Origin: an uncultured bacterium
GTDB lineage: Bacteria > Krumholzibacteriota > Krumholzibacteriia > LZORAL124-64-63
Direction: 5' to 3'
Length of the DNA: 64,000 bases
NCBI GenBank assembly: GCA_963732385.1
Contig: CAVSZB010000007.1
Coordinates: 96,001 to 160,000 of the forward strand
Numbering within the stretch: position 1 is the first letter of the stretch; each line of letters opens with the position of its first letter. The translations under genes were made by a program, and so were the position numbers. Positions 19,106 to 29,210 of this stretch are shown here, one piece after another. The notes under the pieces were generated by a model. It was not told where the DNA came from. It ran no database searches and saw nothing but the letters and a program-made list of their open reading frames with translations.

Positions 19106-20782
19106 GTGAAGCTTTCGATCATCATCGTCCACTACGATACGCCCGACGATCTGGCGCGCTGTCTCGATTCGCTGGGCGCGCATCCGCCAGCCTGTCCGCA
19201 TGAGATCGTGGTGGTGGACAACGCTTCGCATGCTTCGGGACTGACCGAGCTGCGCGCGCGTCACTCCGGTGTCCGCTGGCTGCTCAACCACGAGAACGTC
19301 GGCTACGCGCGCGGCGTGAATCAGGGTTTCGCCGCGGCGCCGGCCGACTACCATCTCGTGCTCAACCCCGACATCGTGGTCGCGCCGGGCGCGTTGGACG
19401 AGCTGCTTGCCTTCGCCGAGGCCCGACCGCGCGCCGGTATCGTGGGGCCGCAACTGCTCAACGAGGATGGGACGGTCCAGGACTCCTGCCGCCGCTTCTA
19501 CACCTTCCGGGCTCTGCTGCTGCGGCGGACCTTCCTGGGCCGCCTCTGGCCCCGCGCCCGCGCCGTGGAAGCCCACCTGATGCGCGATTTTGACCACGAC
19601 CGGGAGCGGGCGGTGGACTGGGTGCTCGGCGGCTGCATGCTGGTGCGGCGGGCGGCGCTGGAGCGGGTCGGACCGCTCGACCGGCGGTTCTTCCTCTACT
19701 TCGAGGATGTCGACTGGTGTTTCCGGATGTGGCAGGCGGGGTGGGAGGTGCTCTATTTTCCCGGCGCGCGCTTCACCCACCGGCACCGGCGCCAGAGCGC
19801 GAAGGGGGGGGCGCTGCGTCGCGGTTTCTGGCTCCACCTGTCCAGCCTGATCTCGTTCTATGAGAAGTGGGGCCTGCTGGTCTATCTGTTCAAGCGGTGG
19901 CGTGGCCCGGTGGGGGTGGCGCTGCAGTGGGGGATCGACATGGCGGCGCTCGGCGGGGCGCTGCTGGGCGCGTATGCGCTGCGCTCCGCCGTGAACCCGC
20001 TGTTTCCTGAACCGCTGTTCCCCCTGCGCGACTACGGCCCGCTCTTCTTCTTCGGCGCGCTGCTCGCCACGGTGACCTTCCTGCTGCGCGGCCGGTACCG
20101 CGGCCGGCCCGCTCGCGGCCCGGTCGGGATGGCGAGGCGCGCGCGTGAGACCGGCACCGTTGCCCTGCTGTTGCTGGCCAGCACCTACCTGAGCCACCAG
20201 CAGACCTACAGCCGGGCTGTCCTGCTGCTGTTTGCTCCGCTGGCGACGGTGGCGCTCGCGCTCGGTGAAGGGTTGTTCGCCGCCGTGCGGCGGCGCCTCG
20301 AGCGCGGCTGGCTGTCGCTGGAACGGACGCTGCTCGTGGGTTCGCCCGCCGCGGTCGGGGCGTGGCTCGACGGCCATGGCGACGGTCGTGCGCTCGGGCT
20401 CGATCCGGTCGGCTATCTCGCCCCGGCGCCGGCGCACTCCACTCCCGGCCCGTTGGCCGGCGGGGCGGTCCCGTGGCTCGGCGCGCCCGAGTCGCTGCCG
20501 GACCTGGTCGAGCGGTACCGCATCTCGCAGGTGGTGTTCTGGGACTGGCCGCGGGAAGACGCGGGGGCGCGCGATTCCCTGGACGCCTTGCGCCGTCGCC
20601 GCATCCGCCTGCGCTGGCGGGTGGAGGAGGCGTGGCTGCTGGAGGCCGGCGCCCGCTCGGAACCGTTCGGCGGGAGCGGCAGCGTGGTCCTGGATCCGCC
20701 GTCCGTATCCGCACCGTCCGGTCTGCGCCGCGGGTCCGCCCGGAGCGGCGAACCTGGGCAGGCGGGCGGAGATGCCATATAG
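19106..20782 (+). CDS. GT2 glycosyltransferase fused to a 4-TM plus CoA-binding-like region (N-terminal module of sugar phosphotransferases)
   Basis: IIVHY, VDNAS, NVGYARGVN, LNPD, VDWVLGGCML, FFLYFEDVDWC; then TMs, YSRAVL and RTLLVG...PVGYL. Confidence 0.85.
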   Translation: MKLSIIIVHYDTPDDLARCLDSLGAHPPACPHEIVVVDNASHASGLTELRARHSGVRWLLNHENVGYARGVNQGFAAAPADYHLVLNPDIVVAPGALDELLAFAEARPRAGIVGPQLLNEDGTVQDSCRRFYTFRALLLRRTFLGRLWPRARAVEAHLMRDFDHDRERAVDWVLGGCMLVRRAALERVGPLDRRFFLYFEDVDWCFRMWQAGWEVLYFPGARFTHRHRRQSAKGGALRRGFWLHLSSLISFYEKWGLLVYLFKRWRGPVGVALQWGIDMAALGGALLGAYALRSAVNPLFPEPLFPLRDYGPLFFFGALLATVTFLLRGRYRGRPARGPVGMARRARETGTVALLLLASTYLSHQQTYSRAVLLLFAPLATVALALGEGLFAAVRRRLERGWLSLERTLLVGSPAAVGAWLDGHGDGRALGLDPVGYLAPAPAHSTPGPLAGGAVPWLGAPESLPDLVERYRISQVVFWDWPREDAGARDSLDALRRRRIRLRWRVEEAWLLEAGARSEPFGGSGSVVLDPPSVSAPSGLRRGSARSGEPGQAGGDAI

Positions 20783-20851
20783 TGGAAAGAGTTGTCCGCT
20801 CCGCGGGGCCCCCTGAATGGTCTGGTCGTGTCGGTCGGAGGTTGCCGAAGT

Positions 20852-23309
20852 GATGTTATGCCTGCTTGGCGGGACCGGTCCGCACGCCCGGCGCGCGATC
20901 GCGGCGGTTCTTTTGTGCCTGCCTGCGCTGCCGGCGGTGGCGCAGGAGGTTTCCTTCACCTCGCTGACGGCGGCGCGCGAATGCCGCGTCCTGCTGCCGG
21001 ACGGCGAACAGATCTATGGAGGGCTGAGCGACGGCGGCGTGGTGGTCTGGAATGCCGCCGACCCCGCGCTCTACACCCGCTGGACGGTGGAGGATGGCCT
21101 TTCCGGCCAGCGGGTCAACGCGCTGGCCACGTCCGGATCCCATATCTGGGTAGCTACCTCGGGGGCTGGACTCACGCGGGTGACGCCAGGGGTGGTGCCG
21201 GAGTTCCGGCAGTACGCCAATCTCGGCGGACTCGACATCACCACCGTCATCGCGACGACCCGCGGCACCGCGGAGGTGGTCTACTATGGCCTGCTTGGCG
21301 CCGGCGTGGGGGTTATCAATAGTGGTCTGCCCGGCGCGATCTACACTCAGGTGGAGCACGGGCTGGTCGGCGACGACGTCAGCGCGCTCGCCTTCCTCGG
21401 CAATGACCTGTGGGTCGGCACGGAGGAGGGGGTGTCACGCTTCGCCGCCAACGTGTTCACGACCGAGGTGGCCGGTCTGACCGACCTCCGGATCAACACC
21501 CTGCAGGCCGTGGGAGACACGCTGCTGTTCGCCGGCACTTTCACCGACGGCGTTTACCGCTGGGACGACGGCGCGGCCCGGTGGGAAAGACTTGGGGCGC
21601 TCGACGGCCTGGTGCTCGCGATCGCCGCGCAGGGTGGGGCGGTGTGGGCGCTGATCGAGGGTGTCGGCAGCGAGAACCGGCTCTGGCGCTGGGACGGCGC
21701 CACGTGGACCGCTGCCAGCCTGCCCGAGTCGCGCACGCGCGTGATCGCCCGGAACGACGGTGAACTCTGGTGCGCCGGGCTGCGCATCGATCCGGACTGC
21801 GACCCGGACGGGCGGGCCACGCGGGCCTTCCTGGCCCGGCGTGATGAAGCGGCCTGGTCGTCGTGGGGCATGCACGAACTGCTCTTTCTTGGCGTGGACG
21901 GCGTCTCCTTCGGACCCGACGGCGCGTTCTGGCTCGGATCGCGCGAGGGGGTGGGGGTGGCGCGGCGCACCGTCGACGGCCAATGGGGGCAGGTGGCCGG
22001 TCTTGCCACGGCCGCCAACGACTCCGCCGGGCTGTTCGCTTTCGGGGCCAACATCCTCTCTTTGGCGGCCGCGCCCGACGGGGATGTCTGGGTCTCGCAG
22101 TACGATTTCCGCGTGCCGGGGCAGGGAGGGCTGCTGCGCCTGCGTCCCGGCGCCGCGGTCGATCTGACGGACGCCGCCGGGGTGCTGCTGCCGCCGACGG
22201 AAGCCCCTCCCGGCCACCACCGCACGGTGCGGGTCGTGCGGCATCCCGATGGTCCCCTGATGATGTGCACGGACCAGCTGGGGGTGGATGTGCTGGTCGA
22301 TCCGGCGCGTCCCCGTGATCCGGCGGCCTGGGTGCGTCTGCCGGTCGATACGGAAGGTCTGGGCGGGGGGATCGTGCGCGACGCGGTCGTGGCGCGGCGG
22401 GACGTGGTCTGGTTCACCGTCAACGGGATCGGCCTGATGCGCTGGGACATCAATGGACCGGCCGGCCCGGAGGCCCCGCTGACGTGGTCCGACCTCGCCG
22501 ACGACGTCTGGACCGGACCGATCGCCGCCTTGTCCGGCACGAATTTCAACTTTGCCCAGGCGCGGGCGCTCGCCGCGCCGGCCGACGGCACGCTGTGGGC
22601 CGGCGGCAGTGGCGGCGTGGCGCATCTGCGCCCGCTCGACGGCGGCGGCGCCGTCCTGCTGGCGGCGTATGGCGCGAAAGCGGACGTCTATCTCGCCGGA
22701 CTCCTCACCGGCACGGTTTCCGACCTCGAACTCGACGACAACGGCGACCTGTGGGTCGCGCTCGAGGGGGGGCTCAACCGGATCCGGCAGCGCGGGGACC
22801 AAACCACCATCGACGCCTGGACCAACCTGGAAGCCTATGCTGCCTACAGCCTTGGCAATCTCTACTCGCCGAGCGTGCTCGCCGGTCTGCCGGGCGCCAT
22901 CTTCTACGAACTGGCGTCCGATCCCGGCTCCGGGAGATTGCTCGCCGGCAGCAATTACGGCGCGGTGATGATCGACGTCGCCCCGCTTGGCGCGGTGGAC
23001 GCGGAGGTGCTTGCGGGGCTGTTCCTCTATCCCAACCCGTTCGCGGGCGGCACCGGGGCGGCGGGGCTGAAACTGGACGGCGTGACCGTCGAGGTGACGA
23101 CCACCGGGTCGTCCGTGACCGGAGGGGTCACGGTGGAGGTGTACGACCTGCAGGGGCAGCTCGTGCACCGGGCGAGCCACGTGGGCACCGGCGATCCGTT
23201 CTGGGACGGCCGCAATCTGCAGGGCGATCCGGTCAGCAGCGGACTCTACATGGTAAAGGTGACTCTGGATGGACAGAACGCGGTGCGGACGCTTGCGGTC
23301 GTGCGCTGA
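20852..23309 (+). CDS. PorZ-like secreted beta-propeller protein with C-terminal FlgD-Ig/T9SS-type sorting domain
   Basis: Signal peptide, repeated propeller blades (DGL...V.AL....IWVAT..G), C-terminal LYPNPF...EVYDLQGQLV...WDGRN.QG..VSSGLY. Start could be 20817. Confidence 0.75.
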
Positions 23310-23330
23310 ATCTTCCGCGGGAAAGCCGAC

Positions 23331-24806
23331 GTGAGCCGCCCCGCGGGCGACGCGCCGCGGCGTCTGCTGATCATCGGCGCCGGTGAGGCGGGGCAGTCGC
23401 TGGTGCGCGAACTGCAGGCCGGCGGCTGGCCGGTCACGCCGGTAGGTTTCCTCGACGACGATCCGGCGCTGCGGGGAGAGTCGCCGTGCGGCCTGCCGGT
23501 GCTCGGCGCCACGGCCGATCTGCCGGACGCAGCCGTGCGCAGCGGGGCGCAGGAGATCCTCATCGCCATCCCTTCCGCCACTGGCGCGGTCATCCGCCGG
23601 CTGGTGCTGCTGTGCCGGCGCGCGGGGCTGCCGGTACGCATCGTGCCGGGCATCCGCGCCATCATCGAGGGGGACGTCCGCTTCGACCAGGTGCGGCCGG
23701 TCGCGCCCGACGACCTGCTTGGCCGCGAGAGCGTCACCTTCCGCGTCGATGGCGCGCGCGAACTCGTGGCGGGACGGCGCGTGCTGGTGACAGGAGCAGG
23801 TGGTTCCATCGGTGGCGAACTGTGCCGGCAACTGCTGCCGTTCGCGCCCGCGGAGCTGCTGCTGCTCGGTCGCGGCGAGAACAGCCTGTTCGAGATCGCC
23901 GCGGAACTGGAGCCGCGGCGGGGCAAGGTCGCGCTGCGCACGCTGATCTGCGATGTGCGGGATGGTGAACGGCTCGCTGTCCTGGCCGGACGTCACGGCG
24001 TCGATCTCATCCTGCACGCCGCCGCGCACAAGCACGTGCCGCTGATGGAGGAGAATCCCGAGGAGGCGGTGGCGGTCAACGTGCTCGGCACCGCGAACCT
24101 GATCCACTTCGCCCGCCAGGTCGGCGCTGAGCGTCTGGTGCTGGTGTCGACCGACAAGGCGGCCATCCCCGCGAGCATCATGGGCGCCACGAAACGGGTG
24201 GCCGAGGAACTGGTGCGCGCGGCCGGAGTCGCCGGCGGTCCGACACGCTTCCTGACCGTCCGCTTCGGCAACGTGCTCGGCAGCCGTGGTTCCGTGGTGC
24301 CGCTGTTCCAGGACCGGATCCGCCGCGGCCTGCCGCTGCCGGTCACGGACCGGGCCATGACCCGCTACTTCATGACCATCCGGGAGGCGGCGCAGCTCGT
24401 GATCGAGGCGATGGCTCTGGGCGAGAGCGGCGCCACCTACATCCTCGAGATGGGGGAGCCGGTGTCGATCCTGGAACTGGCGCGCAATCTGCTCGCCCTG
24501 TCCGGGTTCGATCCTGACGGCGGCGACGGCGGCCCCGGCATCGTCATCACCGGCGCCCGCCCGGGCGAGAAGCTGACCGAGGAACTCGTCGCCCGCGACG
24601 AAACGCTGGCGCCGGGGGCGAATCCGCTGATCCGGCGCGCGGTCACCGCGCGCCCCGTGCTGGCCGATCCGGAGGCGGTCGTGGCTTCCTTGCTGGGGCC
24701 GGCCCGCGCCGGTGATATGGCGGGGGTGCGGCAGGTCCTGGCGCGCCTGCCGGGCCTGGCGGCGGTGACGGCCGTTTTCCCCGCGCCGGAGGTGACCCGT
24801 CCATGA
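23331..24806 (+). CDS. CapD/PglF-family UDP-GlcNAc 4,6-dehydratase
   Basis: IIGAGEAG, DLLGRE, VTGAGGSIGGELCRQ, HAAAHKHVPLME, STDKA...MGATKR, VRFGNVLGSRGSV, RPGEKL.E. Confidence 0.93.
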   Translation: MSRPAGDAPRRLLIIGAGEAGQSLVRELQAGGWPVTPVGFLDDDPALRGESPCGLPVLGATADLPDAAVRSGAQEILIAIPSATGAVIRRLVLLCRRAGLPVRIVPGIRAIIEGDVRFDQVRPVAPDDLLGRESVTFRVDGARELVAGRRVLVTGAGGSIGGELCRQLLPFAPAELLLLGRGENSLFEIAAELEPRRGKVALRTLICDVRDGERLAVLAGRHGVDLILHAAAHKHVPLMEENPEEAVAVNVLGTANLIHFARQVGAERLVLVSTDKAAIPASIMGATKRVAEELVRAAGVAGGPTRFLTVRFGNVLGSRGSVVPLFQDRIRRGLPLPVTDRAMTRYFMTIREAAQLVIEAMALGESGATYILEMGEPVSILELARNLLALSGFDPDGGDGGPGIVITGARPGEKLTEELVARDETLAPGANPLIRRAVTARPVLADPEAVVASLLGPARAGDMAGVRQVLARLPGLAAVTAVFPAPEVTRP

Positions 24807-25981
24807 CTCCCGATTCAGGTGCCGAGCCCGCGTTCCTGCCGTTTTTCCGCCCCAGTCTGGGCGAGGAGGAGATCGCGGCGGTGGCCGACACTCTGCGCTC
24901 CGGGTGGCTCACCTACGGGCCGCGCACGCGCGAGTTCGGCCGCGCCTGCGCCGACTATCTCGGAGCGACGCACGGTGTGCCGGTCGCCTCGTGTTCGGCC
25001 GGACTGTTCCTGGCGCTCAAGGCGCTCGGGGTCGGCCCGGGCGACGAAGTGGTGTTGCCGTCGCTCACTTTCACCGCCACGCTCTCGGCGATCCTGCACT
25101 GCGGCGCGACGCCGATCCTGGCCGATGTGGAAGACGCCACGCTCGGCCTCGATCCGGAGCGGGTCGCCGAGTTGCTGAGTCCGCGCACCCGGGCGATCGT
25201 GCCGGTCCACATGGCGGGACACCCCTGCCGCATCCGGGAACTGCTCGCCCTCGCGCGATCGCGCGGCGTGGCGGTGGTCGAGGATGCGGCGCACGCCTTC
25301 GGCGCGGCGGTGGAGGGCCGCCGCCTTGGGACGTTCGGCGACGCCACGGTCTTCTCGTTCTACGCGACGAAGTGCATCACCACCGGCGACGGCGGCCTGA
25401 TCACCACGGCCGACGACGGTCTCGCGCGCGAGCTGGAGCTGCTCTGCTTCCACGGCATGGACGGCAACGCGTGGCAGCGCTACGGCGACCGCGGGCGGTG
25501 GTACTACGAGATCGTGCGGGTCGGCTGGAAGCTGCACCTGGGCGATCCGGCGGCGGCGCTCGGCCTGGTTCAGCTGCGCCGGGCCGACGCGTTGCAGGCG
25601 CGACGCGCGGCGCTGGCGCGGGGCTTCACCGAGCGGTTGGCCGACCTGCCCGGCGTGACCCTGCCGCTCGAGGCGCCGTGGGCCACGCATGCCTGGCATC
25701 TCTACCTGCTGCGCGTCGATCCGGAGGTCGTGCGCGAGGGGCGCGACGGGGTGATCGCCGATCTCGCCGACGCGCGCATCGGAAGTTCGGTCCACTTCAT
25801 TCCGCTGCACCATCATCCAGCCTACCGCGAACTGCTCGCGCCGCAGGCGGACCGCCTGGCGCGCACCGAACGTTATTTCCGCGAAGCGGTCACTCTGCCG
25901 CTCTTCCCGGCGATGACCGACGCGGAGGCGCAACGGGTCACCGATGCGGTGCGGGCGAGCGTCCGCCGCCGCGTGCGCTGA
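24803..25981 (+). CDS. DegT/DnrJ/EryC1/StrS PLP-dependent sugar aminotransferase
   Basis: SGWLT.GP, EDAAHA, FSFYATKCITTGDGG, HAWHLY, SVHFIPLH. Confidence 0.94.
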   Translation: MTPDSGAEPAFLPFFRPSLGEEEIAAVADTLRSGWLTYGPRTREFGRACADYLGATHGVPVASCSAGLFLALKALGVGPGDEVVLPSLTFTATLSAILHCGATPILADVEDATLGLDPERVAELLSPRTRAIVPVHMAGHPCRIRELLALARSRGVAVVEDAAHAFGAAVEGRRLGTFGDATVFSFYATKCITTGDGGLITTADDGLARELELLCFHGMDGNAWQRYGDRGRWYYEIVRVGWKLHLGDPAAALGLVQLRRADALQARRAALARGFTERLADLPGVTLPLEAPWATHAWHLYLLRVDPEVVREGRDGVIADLADARIGSSVHFIPLHHHPAYRELLAPQADRLARTERYFREAVTLPLFPAMTDAEAQRVTDAVRASVRRRVR

Positions 25982-27069
25982 TGGCGCCGGGGGCCGGTCC
26001 TGCGTCGCCGCCTCTGGTGGTGACGGTCGAGCCGGCGCCGCCGCCCGGCTGGGAGGCGCTGCTTGCGGATGATCCGTACGCTACATTTTTCCACACGTCC
26101 CTCTGGAGCGACGCGCTGCGCCGGCACGCGGGCGGCGTGACGCCAATCTGGTTCGTCGCGCGCGCGCAGGGGCGTTGCGTGGGCGGGCTGTCAGCGGTGG
26201 CGCGACGGCGCGGGCCGCTGCGCCTGCTGCAGAGCCACTTCGACGGCACCGCGGGCGGGCCGCTGATCGCGCCCGACCTCCCTGAGGCGGAGCGTGACGC
26301 GGTCGCGGCGTCGCTGTTGGCGGCATGGGCGCGCGCGGCGAGGCGTCCGGACGTGGCCGCCGCCGCGCTGGTCCTGTCGTCTGACGCCGACACCCGCTGG
26401 GGGGGCGGGCTCGCGCGGTGCGGCTGGCGCCGGCGCGAGTTGCCGTTCGCGACGATTCCGCTCGTCGGCGGACCGGAGGCGGTCGAGTACGGCGTCCTGC
26501 CCAAGAACCGGCGCAACGAGCGCAATCGGGCCCTGCGACGCGGCTGCGATGCCGGAGTGACGACCGATCCGGGCGCGCTCACCGAGTACTATCCGGTCTA
26601 CCTTGCCGCGGCGCGCCGCTGGGGGGTCGCGCCGACGCCGGAGGCGCTTTTGCACGATCTGCTCGCGCGCGGCGCGGGCGCGGCCTTCCTCAGTTGGGTG
26701 CGGCGCGACGGTCGTCTCATCGGCGGACACGTCTGCTTCCGGCACGGCGCCGAAGTCGTCGCCTGGAACGGCGCCACCCTGCCGGAGCACGCCGAGGTCT
26801 TCCCTGCCACGCTGCTGATCTGGACCGATGTCGTCGAAGCGTGTCGGGGCGGCGCGCAGCGGCTCGACCTCGGGGGCAGCGGCGGCATCGCCGGAGTCGC
26901 CCGCTTCAAGGAACTGCTCGGCGCGAGCTTCGCGACGCGGGGCTGCTGGGAGACGGCGGCGCCCCTGTACCGGATCTGGCGGCGGCTGAGCGCGGCCAGG
27001 CGTCGCGTGGCGGGCGCAGCGACCGGCGGCAACGCGGCCGCGGCATCGCACGGGGGAGGCGCTCCGTGA
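25981..27069 (+). CDS. FemAB-like GNAT-fold N-acyltransferase
   Basis: ATFFHT..W, RNERNRA.R.G, LDLGGSGG..G..RFKE..GA. TGATG overlap with the degT stop. Confidence 0.78.
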   Translation: MAPGAGPASPPLVVTVEPAPPPGWEALLADDPYATFFHTSLWSDALRRHAGGVTPIWFVARAQGRCVGGLSAVARRRGPLRLLQSHFDGTAGGPLIAPDLPEAERDAVAASLLAAWARAARRPDVAAAALVLSSDADTRWGGGLARCGWRRRELPFATIPLVGGPEAVEYGVLPKNRRNERNRALRRGCDAGVTTDPGALTEYYPVYLAAARRWGVAPTPEALLHDLLARGAGAAFLSWVRRDGRLIGGHVCFRHGAEVVAWNGATLPEHAEVFPATLLIWTDVVEACRGGAQRLDLGGSGGIAGVARFKELLGASFATRGCWETAAPLYRIWRRLSAARRRVAGAATGGNAAAASHGGGAP

Positions 27070-28370
27070 GGCTGCTGCGCACCGGTGGAGAGGTGCTCGC
27101 GGCACGCGCCGCGCAGGTCGTGGCGGGCGCGGCCGTCGGTCTGCTGGTGGCGCGGGCACTCGGCCCCGCGGCGCAGGGACATTACAGCCTGACGATCGCC
27201 GTAATGACCTTCGCGGGCGCTCTCTTCAACGGCGGCGTTGGTCTGTCCGCGGTGCCGCCGCTGCGACGTCACGAACTGTCCCTGCGTCGGGTCGTGCGCG
27301 CGCAGGGGACGTGGCTGGCGTTCGCCGGCGCGGGATTGCTGGCCGTGGGCGTCGTCGCGACCGCCGGGCCCGCGGCCGCCTGGACCGCCACGCACCTCGG
27401 CTGGACCGGAGCCGTGGCGGCCGCGGCAGCCGTCGGTGCAGCCGCTCTGCTCGCCTGCGACGTGCTGTTCTACGATCTGCTCGCACAGGGACGCCCGGTC
27501 GCCGGCGCGGTGGCCGTACTGGCGCGGCCCGGCTCGCATCTGCTGTTGCTCACGGTCGTTCTCGCGCTGACCGGCGGGCTGCGTCCGGGCGCGGCCGTCG
27601 GTCTGTTCGCGGCGGCGCAGGTCGTCGGCGCGGGGGCGCTGTTCGCTCTGCTGCGGCGGCGGGAGCCGACCGGAGAGCAGGTGGGAGAGCCTCCGGTCGC
27701 GACGGGCGAGGACTGGCCACGCGGCGCTCCCGCGCTGGCGCGCGCTCTGCTGCGCTCCGGCTGGCTCGGACAACTTTCCGCCGTCGCTTCGCTGCTGCAC
27801 ATGCGGCTCAATTTCGCGTTGCTGGCGGCATGGCACGGGCCGGCGGCGGTGGGGGTGTTCTCGGTGGCGGTGCTGGTGGGCGAACTGCTCTGGAATCTGC
27901 CGTCTGCGCTCAGCCCGATCCTCGTCTACAGTTCGGCCGCGGCCGGCGACGCCGGCACCCGGGATCGTCTGGCGGCGCGCGCTGTGCGCGTCGGACTGAT
28001 CGCCACGGCGGCGGTGGCGCTGCCGCTCGGGCTGGCCGCCGGCTGGCTGCTCCCGCGTCTGTTCGGCGGCGAGTACGCGGCCGCCGTACCGGCGCTGCGT
28101 GCCCTGCTGCCGGGCATCGTGGCCTTCGCGCCGGGCGCGGTTCTGGCCGGCGACTTCATCGGGCGCGGCCGTCCCGGCTGGAACGCGCAGGCGAGCGGCT
28201 TCACGCTCGCCATCAATCTGGTCGCGGGGGTGGCGCTGGTGCCGCGCTTCGGTCTGACAGGAGCTGCGTGGGCCTCGACCATCGCTTACGCCAGCGGTGC
28301 AGTCTGGATGGTGCTGCGTTTTCGCCGCGCCAGCGGCTTGACGTGGCACGGACTGCTCGGGCTGGCCTGA
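27066..28370 (+). CDS. Wzx-type polysaccharide flippase (MOP superfamily)
   Basis: ARALGPAAQGHYSL, VGVFSVAV, FGGEY, LVPRFGLTGAAWASTIAY; multiple TMs. Confidence 0.85.
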   Translation: MRLLRTGGEVLAARAAQVVAGAAVGLLVARALGPAAQGHYSLTIAVMTFAGALFNGGVGLSAVPPLRRHELSLRRVVRAQGTWLAFAGAGLLAVGVVATAGPAAAWTATHLGWTGAVAAAAAVGAAALLACDVLFYDLLAQGRPVAGAVAVLARPGSHLLLLTVVLALTGGLRPGAAVGLFAAAQVVGAGALFALLRRREPTGEQVGEPPVATGEDWPRGAPALARALLRSGWLGQLSAVASLLHMRLNFALLAAWHGPAAVGVFSVAVLVGELLWNLPSALSPILVYSSAAAGDAGTRDRLAARAVRVGLIATAAVALPLGLAAGWLLPRLFGGEYAAAVPALRALLPGIVAFAPGAVLAGDFIGRGRPGWNAQASGFTLAINLVAGVALVPRFGLTGAAWASTIAYASGAVWMVLRFRRASGLTWHGLLGLA

Positions 28371-28593
28371 GCGGTCGCATTGAATCATATGTGATTTAAT
28401 TTCAATGCCTTGCGAGATGGCTGCGCAGATCGCACCCGCCGGGGGGGTTGGTCCCCACGATGGCCGGGCGCAGCGGACCGGGCACCCTCGCGCTGACGAT
28501 ACGATAACCCGAATTCAAACCTTGAGTTACAGCATCGCGCTTCGCGGCGTGGTGGCCGTCGTCACGACCGGGAAAAATAGTGCGAGGAGGCGC

Positions 28594-28622
28594 TTGACTG
28601 CCCAGTGGGGGATGGCTACGAT
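28594..28622 (+). promoter_or_regulatory. sigma70-type promoter of the dcw cluster
   Basis: TTGACT-N17-TACGAT, 62 nt upstream of the mraZ ATG. Confidence 0.7.
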
Positions 28623-28625
28623 GCC

Positions 28626-28660
28626 GTGGCTTCAGGTGGGGGAAAAAGGGTCAGAGTGGT
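28626..28660 (+). promoter_or_regulatory. MraZ-binding direct repeats
   Basis: GTGGC (28626), GTGGG (28636), AAGGG (28646), GTGGT (28656) at 10-bp period between the promoter and mraZ. Confidence 0.7.
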
Positions 28661-28684
28661 GAAAACAGGATTCGAGGCTCAGGG

Positions 28685-29191
28685 ATGATCGAGGCCACCC
28701 GTCACGACCTGCCGCAGTTGCCCGAACCGGTGTTTGCCGGCGGCTACGAGCGTGCCGTGGACGGCAAGGGGCGGTTCAACCTCCCCTTCCGTTTCCGGCG
28801 GCGCGGCGGCAAGGCGCGGGACAGGAGCGCGGTGCGGGAGGCCGGCCCGAAGGAGCGGTATACGATCGTCAGGGGTCCCGACGCCGTTCTGCTCGTCTAT
28901 CCCTATGACGTCTGGCTCGAGGTGTTCGATCAGTTGAGTCGCGACGCCCAGACTCCGGAGGAGCGCGACCAGGTGCGACGCCTCAGCCACGGCAGCCACA
29001 CGCTGGAGCTCGATGCCCAGGGGCGGGTCGCGGTTCCGCAGGAGTTCCTCTCCCACGCAGGACTGTCAGGCCGGGTTCTCTGCATCGGGATGCGGCGGCT
29101 GATGGAGCTTTGGGATCCGGAGCGGTACCGGCGCAAGCAGGAGGCGGCGCCGGCTCTCGATCCCCGCACGGAGGCCAGGCTGTACGCGTGA
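28685..29191 (+). CDS. mraZ: Transcriptional regulator MraZ
   Basis: F.G.YE..VDGKGR..LP and ELDAQGRVAVP (two DxxGR motifs), ELWD; first gene of the dcw cluster. Confidence 0.92.
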   Translation: MIEATRHDLPQLPEPVFAGGYERAVDGKGRFNLPFRFRRRGGKARDRSAVREAGPKERYTIVRGPDAVLLVYPYDVWLEVFDQLSRDAQTPEERDQVRRLSHGSHTLELDAQGRVAVPQEFLSHAGLSGRVLCIGMRRLMELWDPERYRRKQEAAPALDPRTEARLYA

Positions 29192-29210
29192 TAGCCCAGG
29201 GAGGGGCGCT

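Noticed and set aside
28405..28662. 85-aa ORF upstream of mraZ
   Set aside because: No SD, atypical codon usage, and it overlaps the dcw promoter and MraZ boxes.
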